Shown piece after piece: positions 47,489 through 64,000 of a DNA stretch of 64,000 nt. The stretch's first letter is position 1, and every line of letters begins with the position of its first letter. A program made the position numbers and the translations under genes. The notes beneath the pieces are model-generated. The model saw nothing but the letters and a program-made list of their open reading frames with translations, did not search any database and had not been told where the DNA came from. Origin of the DNA: the human T2T-CHM13v2.0 reference genome, Homo sapiens; assembly GCF_009914755.1 (NCBI RefSeq), contig NC_060947.1; one strand, written 5' to 3'.

Positions 47489-50400
47489 TGATAATTTTTA
47501 AATTACCATTTCAATCTCGCTGCTTGTTATTGGTCTGTTCAGGGTATCTATTTCTTCCTAATTTAAGCTAGGAGGGTTGTATTTTTCCAGGAATTTTTCC
47601 ATCTCTTCTAGGTTTTCTAGTTTATGTGCATAAAGGTGTTCATAGTAGCCTTGAATGATCTTTTGTATTTCAGTGATGTCAGTTGTAATATCTCCTGTTT
47701 CTCTTCTTAATGAGGTTATTTGGATTTTCTCTTTTATTTTCTTGGTTAATCTTGCTAACAGTCTATCAATTTTATTTATCTTTTCAAAGAACCAGCTTTG
47801 TGTTTCATTTATCTTTTGTATTTTTTGTTTGTTTCAATTTAGTTTAATTCTGCTCTGATCTTGGTAATTTCCTTTCTTCTGCTGGCTTTGGGTTTGGTTT
47901 GTTCTTGTTTCTCTAGTTCCTTGAAGTGTGACCTTAGCATGTCAGTTTGTGCTCTTTGAGTCTTTTTGATGTAGGCATTTATAGGGCTATGAACTTTCCT
48001 GTTAGCACCACCTTTGCTGTATCCCAAAGGTTATGATAGATTGTTTCATTATTGTCATTCAGTTCAAATAATTTTTTAATTTCCATCTTGATTTCATTTT
48101 TGACCGAGTGCTCATTCAGGAGCAGGTTATTTTATTTCCATGTATTTGCACGGTTTCGAAGGTTCCTTTTGGAGTTCATTTCCAGTTTTATTCCACTGTA
48201 GTCTGAGAGAGTGCTTGATATAATTTCAATTTTCTTAAATTTATTGAGGCTCGTTTTATGGCCTATCATATGGTCTATCTTGGAGAAGGTTCCATGCGCT
48301 ATTGAATAGAATGTGTATTCTGCAGTTGTTGGATGGAATGTTCTGTATATATATCTGTTAAGTCCATTTGTTCCAAGGTATAGTTTAAATTCGTTGTTTC
48401 TTTGTTGACTTTCTGCCTTGATGACCTGTCTAGTGCTGTCAGTGGAGTATTGAAGTCCCCAACTATTATCGTGTTGCCGTCTATCTCATTTCTTAGGTCT
48501 ATTAGTAATTGTTTTATAAATTTGGGAGCTCCAGTCTTAGGTGCATAAATGTTTAGGATTGTGATATTTTCCTGTTGGACAAGGCCTTTTACTGTTATAT
48601 CATGTCCCTCTTTGTCTCTTTTAAATGCTGTTGCTTTAAAGTTTGTTTTGTCTGATATAAGAATAGCTACCCCTGTTCGCTTTTGGTGTCCATTTGCATG
48701 AAACGCCTTTTACCACCCCTTTAAGTTTATTTGAGTCCTTATGTCTCCTGAAGACAGCAGATAGTTGGTTGGTGGGTTCTTATCCATTCTGCATCTCTGT
48801 ATCTTTTAACTGGAGCATTTAGGCCACTTACATTCAATGTTAGTATTGAGATGTGAGATACCTCATAGTGTTATTTGTTGCCTGTGTACCTTGGTTTTTT
48901 TTGTTTTTGCTTTTTAACTTACATTTTTGTTTTATAGGTTCTGTATGATTTATGCTTTAAAGAAGTTCTGTTTTAATGTGTTTCCAGGATTTGTTTCAAG
49001 ATTTAGAGCTCGTTTTAGCAGTTCTTATAGTGGTGGCTTAGTAGTGGCAAATTCTCTCAGCATTTGTTTGTCTGAAAACGACTGTATCTTTCCTTCATAT
49101 ATGATACTTAGTTTTACTGGATACAAAATTCTTAGTGATAATTGTTTTGTTTGAGGAGGCTGAAGATAGGGCCCCAATCCCTTCTAGCTTGTAGGGTTTC
49201 TGCTGAGAAATCCGCTGCTAATCTGTTAGGTTTTCCTTTATACGTTACCTGGTGCTTTTGTCTCACAGCTCTTAAGATTCTTTCCTTTGTCTTAACTTTA
49301 GATAACGTGATGACAGTGTGCCTACGCGATGATCATTTTGTGATGAATTTCCCACTTGTTCTTTGTGCTTCTTGTATTTGAATGTCTAGATCTCGAGCAA
49401 GGCCGGGGAAGTTTTCCTTGATTATTCCCCCAAATATGTTTTTCAAACTTTCAGACATCTCTTCTTCCTCAGGAACATCAGTTATTCTTAGGTTTGGTGT
49501 TTAACATAATCCCAGACCTCGTAGAGGCTTCATTCATATTCTCTTATTCTTTTTTCTTTGTCTTTGTTGTATTGGGTTAATTTGAAGACCTTGTCTTTGA
49601 GCTCTGAATTTCTTTCTTCTACTTGTTCAATTCTATTGCTGAGACTTTCCAGAGCATTTTTCATTTCTATAAGTGTGTACAGTGTTTCCTGAAGTTTTTA
49701 TTGTTTTTTTTCTTTATGCTATCCATTTCCTTGAATATTTCTCCCTTCACTTCTTGTATCGTTTTTTGGATTTCACTGCATTGGGCTTTGCCTTTCTCTG
49801 GCGCCTCCCAGATTAACTTAATAACTAACCTCCTGAATTCTTTTTCAGGTAAATCAGGGATTTCTTATTGGTTTGGATGCATTGCTGATGAACTAGTGTG
49901 ATTTTTCGGGGGTTGTTAAAGAGCCTTGTTTTGTCAAATTACCAGAGTTGGTTTTCTGGTTCCTTCTCATTTGGGTAGGCTCTGTCAGAGTCTAGGGCTG
50001 AAGGCTGTTGTTCAGATTCGTTTGTCCCACTGGGTGTTCCCTTGATGTAGTACTCTTCCCTTTTTCCTATGGATGTGGCTTCCTGTGAGCCGAGCTGCAG
50101 GGATTGTTATCTCTCTTCTGGGTCTAGCCACCCAGCAAGTCTACCCAGCTCTGAGCTGGTACTGGAGGTTGTCTGCAGAGAGTCCTGTGATGTGAACCGT
50201 CTATGGGTCTCTCAGCCGTGGATACCAGCACCTGTACCAGTGGAAGTGGCAGGGGGGTGAAATGGACTCTGTGAGGGTTCTTAGCTTTGGTGGTTTAATT
50301 TTCTATTTTTGTGCTGGTTGGCCTTCTGCTGGGAGGTGGCGCTTTCCAAAGAGCATCAAGCTATGGTAGTATGGATTGGAAATGGTGGTGGGTGGGGCCC

Positions 50401-51914
50401 TAGAACTCTCAAGAGTATATGCCCTTTGTCTTCAGCTACCAGGGTGGATAAGGAAGGCCCATCAGGTGGGGGCAGGGCTAGGTGTGTCTGAGCTCAGAAT
50501 CTCCTTGGTTGGGTCTTGCTGAGGCTGCTGTGGGGGATGGATGTGATGTTCCCAGGTCAATGAAGTTGCGTACCTAGGAAGATTATGGCTGCCTCTGCTG
50601 AGTCATGCAGGTTGTCAGGGAAGCGGGGGAAAGCTGGCAGTCACAGGCCTCACCCAGCTCCCACACAAACGGAAGGGCCAGTCTCACTCCCACCATGCCC
50701 CCTCAACAGCCCCAAGTCTGTTTCCAGGCAGTAGGGGATCTGGGCCTGAGAACTTGCCCCAGGCTACTCACCTCCCAGCTGTGAAAGAAAAAGGCTTGGT
50801 TCTTTCCCCACCTATGGAGTCTGCACACCGGATTCGTGCCCTCCCCCTTCTGGCCAGGAGGCTTCTCGCCAGTTCAAATTGTTACAAAGTTCAGCTGGAG
50901 ACTTCCTTCTCCCTATAGTGTTTCCCCTCCTATTCCTCTGGCTGCCCTCCCGAAGGATCCCTGTGGTGCCAGGCAGGAATGGCCTGCTTGAAGACCCAGC
51001 GAGCTCCCAAGGCTTTCCTGCTGCTTCCTCTACTTCTATATTTCGCTGGGCTCTCTAAATTGACTCAGCTCCAGGTAAGGTCAGAAACTTATCCTGCAAA
51101 CAGACGTTCAGTTTCCCCAGTGGGGGTGTGTGTTCCGGAGAGGAGGATCTCCCTTTCCCACTTCTGCAGTTTGGGCACTCACAGTATTCGGGGTGTCTCC
51201 TGGGTCCTGCAGGAGCATTCTGCTTCCTTCAGAGGGTCTGTGGGTTCTCTTGGGATTCCTAGTTCTTTCTTGCAGTCGATCTGCAGCTAAAATTCATGGT
51301 GTGAGCCTCCGCATGCTGCTCTGTCCATCTGAGTAGGAGCTGCAATCTAGTCCTGCCTCCTGTCTGCCATGATGGCATCCCATTATGTTTAAAATGTTTC
51401 TTATAGATAGCATATAGTTAGACCATGTTTTTTTACCCACTCTGCCAGTTTCTGTTTTTTAATTGGTACATTTATACCATTTAAACTTACTGTAATTATT
51501 GCTACTTTAAACTCAAATCTGTCATCTTTATGATCATTCATTGAAATATTTTCATCATTCACCCACAAACCTGCTTCTCCTCACTTCTGAACCTTATTTA
51601 GTGGCATCAACATCTACACGTTACCTTTTTAACTCAATCAAAAATACTCCATTACTTTTTCTTCCTTACCCACATTTCAAATTAGTAACAAATTCCTAGC
51701 CACTCTACCCCCACCCACAAATACCTGTGGAACTTACCCCCTCATCCCTAATTGTCACACACATCGTCTAGGTCTTCAACACTCATTTAAATGCTTGCCA
51801 TAGTCTCCTAATTGTTTTTTCTGCCTCTGGTCTCTACCCAATTCATTTTCTACACTGCCACCAGCCAGCCAGGTTTTTCAAAACAGATTGACTGTGCCAT
51901 TGTGTGGTTTAAAA

Positions 51915-55132
<3,218 letters not shown>

Positions 55133-55134
55133 TA

Positions 55135-55974
55135 AGTTAATTTTTTAAACCACTTTATTGAGGTATGATTGGTATTCAAAAAGCTGTATGTATTTATTAT
55201 ATAGAACTTAATGAGTTTGGAGATAAGTATACAAGCATGAAACCATCACCACCGTCTGTGCCATAACCCAAGCATCACCTATAAAAGTTTATTCTCATCC
55301 TCTTATTTATTAAGTATACGATACAGTATTGTAAACTGTATGCACTGTGCTATATAATAGATCTCTCAAACTTAATCATTTTGAAAGTGAAACTTTGTAC
55401 CCTTTGACTAATACCACCTGTTTCGCCAGCCCCAAGGCCCTCGCAATCACTGTTCTACTCTGCTTCTATGAGTTTGTTGTTTCTAGATTCATCATATAAG
55501 TGGCATTATGTAGTATTTGTCCAAAAAGTATCTGGCTTAATTTCACTTAGCATAATGTCTTCCAGTTTCATTCATGTTATCACAAATGCCAGGATTTTCT
55601 TTTTATGACTGAATAGTATTCTGTTGTGTGTATATGCCACATTTTCTTTATCCATTCATCTGTCAATGGACATTTAGGTTGTTTCCATGTCTAGGCTATT
55701 GTGAATAATGCTGCAGTGAACATGGGAGTTCAGATACCTCTCTGACATACTGATTTTATTTACTTTAAATATATACCCAGAAGTGGAATTGCAGGATCAT
55801 ATGGTAGTTCTATTTTAAGTTTTTTCAGGAACTTTCATACTGGTTTTCATAGTAGGTGCACCAATTTACATTCCCATCGACTGTACAGGGTTCCATTTTA
55901 TCCACATCTTCACTAATACTTGTTATCTTATATATATATATATATGTGTGTGTGTGTATGTGTATATATATATA

Positions 55975-56024
<50 letters not shown>

Positions 56025-56592
56025 ATGTTCATCCTAACAGGTGTGAGGTGATATATCATTGTGGTTTTGATTTGGAAATCAAATCACCTGATTAATTGGT
56101 GATGTTGAGCACCTTTTCATGTACTCATTGGCCATTTGTATGTCCTCTTTGGAGAAATGTCTATTTAGGTCCTTTGCCTATTTTAAAAATTGGGTTATTT
56201 GTTTGAATTTTGGGGTTTTTGACATTCAGTTGTAGGGGTTTCTTACATATTTTAGATATCAACCATTCATTAGATAAACGGTTTGCAAATATTTTCTCCC
56301 ATTCTGTAAGTTGCCTTTTCATGTTGTTGGTTGTTTCTTTTGTTGTGCAGAAGCTTTTTAGTTTGATACAGTCCCGTTTGTCTATTTTTGCTTTTGCTGC
56401 TGGTGCTTTTGGTGTGGTGTCATATCCAAGAAATCATTGCCAAGTCCAATGTCAAGAAGTTTTTTTCCTGTTTTCTTCTAGGAGTTTTACAGCTTCAGGC
56501 CTTACATTTAAGTATTTAATACATTTTGAGTTTATTTTTGTATATGATGTAATATAAGAGTCCAATTTCATTTTTTTGCATGTGTATCTCCA
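55135..56592 (-). mobile_element. L1MA/MB-like 3' portion
   Basis: ctttattgaggtatgattgg 3' end; antisense ORF2 motifs gtgcagaagctttttagtttgat. Confidence 0.85.
55929..56024. repeat. Compound (TA)n/(TG)n microsatellite inside the L1
   Basis: About 95 nt of alternating purine-pyrimidine. Confidence 0.92.
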
Positions 56593-57000
56593 AAGGTAAT
56601 CAGTTTTGTGAAGAAAAGTAAAACAAAGTGGGATGGCAGGGAGTAAATAAGGTGGGTGAGCAAAGCTTCACTGAGAAGTTGTTGTTCGAGCAAAGTACAA
56701 AGGAGGTAAGGAAATGATCATATGATAAGACCATTCCAGGTAGAGACAGCAGCAAGTGAAGCTGCTATAAGGCAGGAGTTCTGGTGTGCTCAAAAAACAG
56801 CAGCAAGGGCAGCTGGAGCCAGTGAGTGAGAAGGAGAGGAAAATAGAAAAGGAAAACATAGAGATGTCGATGCGGGGATCAGAACATATAGGACATTGCA
56901 AGGACTTTGGCTTTTGCTCTGAGTAAGATGGGAATCAGTGGGTTTTCAAACAGAGAATGACATAATCTGATTTATTTTAAAAGGATCATTCTGACTTTTA

Positions 57001-58385
<1,385 letters not shown>

Positions 58386-58771
58386 AAAATATATGTATAT
58401 AACATTTTACTTGGTAATTCTACCTTTAATAATTTATCATAAAGGAATAATCAAGAAAAAATAAATACCAAAAAATAGAACAAAAAACAAAAACAAACCA
58501 AAAAATTATTAGATATTCTGAAAGATAAGTAAGAAGATTCTCATCTTAGTGTTTTCATAATAGCTAAAATTTGAACAACCTAAATTTCTAACAGTTGGAA
58601 AATAAAAACTGGTATAACCCATGCAGTAAAATACATGCAGTCCTTAAATTGTTTTCAAAGACTATTTAATGATGTTAAAAATGGTCACAATAAAACATAA
58701 AGTGAAGAAAGCAGAATGTGAAATTGGATACAATATTACCACAATTTTGACTAAAAAGTACCTATAAATAT

Positions 58772-60101
<1,330 letters not shown>

Positions 60102-60264
60102 CCTATAAATATTTATAGATAAAAGACTTTGAGGAAATATGCTAAATTATTAATAATATTCTTTATCTCTGAGTGATAGGATTTCACATCTTTTGATTCT
60201 TTATACTCTGTTTTTCTAAAGTTTTCTTTTATGCTTACCTACTTTTATTAAAACAAATGGAAGA

Positions 60265-60900
60265 GGGGAATGTAAATTAGTTCAACCATTATGGAAGACA
60301 GTGTGGCAATTCCTCAAAGACCTAGAACCAGAAATACCATTTGACCCAGCAATCCCATTACTGGGTATATACCCAAAGGAATAGAAATCATTGTGTTATA
60401 AAGATACATGCAGGCATATGTTCATTGCAGCACTATTCCATATAGCAAAGACATTGAATCAACAAAAATGCCTATCAATGATAGACTGGGTAAAGAAAAT
60501 GTGGTACATATATACCATGGAATACTATGCAGCCATACAAAGGAATGAGAGCATGTCCTTTGCAGGGACACGGCTGGAACTGGAAGCCATTATCCTCAAC
60601 AAACTAATGCAGGAACAGAAAACCAAACACCACATGTTATCACTTATAAGTAGGAGCTGAACAATGAGAACACATGGACACAGGGAGGGGAACAACACAC
60701 AGTGGGGCCTGTCAGGGGGATGGGAGGAGGGAGAGCATCAGGAACAATAGCCAATGCATGTGGGGCTTAATACCTAGGTGATGGGTTGATAAGTGCAGCA
60801 AACCACCCTGGCACACGTTTATGTAAGAAACCTGCACATTCTGCACATGTATCTTGGAACTTAAGAAGTATTATTTTTTAATTCAAAACATAAAAAAAAA
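60265..60900 (+). mobile_element. L1PA 3' end (ORF2 C-terminal remnant + 3'UTR)
   Basis: ORF 60391..60660 resembles the L1 ORF2 end; followed by the 3'UTR. Confidence 0.9.
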
Positions 60901-60950
60901 GAGACTATAAAAGTTTCAGGTTTAAACTTTTTGACCCAGTAATAACCCTA

Positions 60951-63275
<2,325 letters not shown>

Positions 63276-63719
63276 TGAATGTGATCCCAAAGTACCTTTC
63301 TACCCTAATTTCTGACTACATCTCCATATACTGTTTTCTCTGTCCTCATCATCCTACCTACCTTTCCCTAAATATGCGAGGCTTAGCTAACCCTCTGTTC
63401 TTGCTCATGCTATGTCATGTAAAACATTTGAAGGACAAACTTTGGACTTACAGTTAGATGACTTGTATTACTGCTTTGGTTCTGCTGTTCACAGGTGGCT
63501 GTGTGGCCTTTAATATATTATTTTAACCTCTTTGATCCTCAGGGGTTTGTTGTGTGTTTTGTTTGTTTGTTTGTTTGTTTGTTTTTACTAATTTCTTCAT
63601 CTTTATACTGTTAATACCTACCTCAAAGAATTGTTAGAATTTATTCAGATAATGAATACGAAAGCACGTTGTAACTAGATGCACAGTACACATGTATGGC
63701 ATTATTTTCTACCTACCTC

Positions 63720-64000
63720 TGTCAGTATGCTTTTGACTTCAAATAACAGAAATCCAACTGAAAATGGCTTAAACAATGAGGAAGCAACTCTGGAGGTAAG
63801 GCGGTTCCAGGGTTGGTTAATTCAGCAGCTCAGTAGCATCGTCCTACTATCTCCCTGCTTTGTACTCTTTGTTTTGTTCCTTTCGGCTTTTTACACTATG
63901 GTCTTAAGATGGCTGCTACAGTCTTAGTTGTCACATGAAGTCAGCAATGTTCAGATGCAGGAAAGGAGGAGTCCTATTAGTATGACCCTCTTTAAGGGTG
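63720..64000. mobile_element. Ancient ERVL-class LTR relic (LTR33-like), runs off the window end
   Basis: aacagaaatccaactgaaaatggcttaaaca...ggttccagggttggttaattcagcagctca...aagatggctgct. Confidence 0.5.

Overview
Primate (very likely human) nuclear genomic DNA, AT-rich and CpG-poor. It lies inside WDR44 (Rab11-binding protein / rabphilin-11; X-linked from prior knowledge) on the + strand. Eleven internal coding exons (numbered 2-12 from recall of the gene) splice into one open frame from ...GSPGKVGLSTFK to ...SKSDTDTG. That frame covers the acidic N-terminus, the proline-rich segment, the RPRSNS motif, the Rab11-binding region and the first WD40 repeat. Exon 1, the promoter and the remaining WD40 exons are outside the window. 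The rest is intron with about 50 Alus, several L1s (including a roughly full-length antisense L1PB-type element in intron 12), L2/MIR, MaLR LTR and DNA-transposon relics. Almost all supplied ORFs are Alu or L1 artefacts. I found no CRISPR array, RNA gene or convincing new biological system. The best leads are a GC-AG intron whose acceptor tract appears MIR-derived, and several unusual retrotransposition products: an AluY-unique-AluY cassette that looks like a whole Pol III transcript fused to a second Alu, a probable L1 5' transduction, two twin-primed L1s, and a micro-Alu with a compound 30-bp target duplication. Repeat boundaries are approximate and subfamily calls are by eye.
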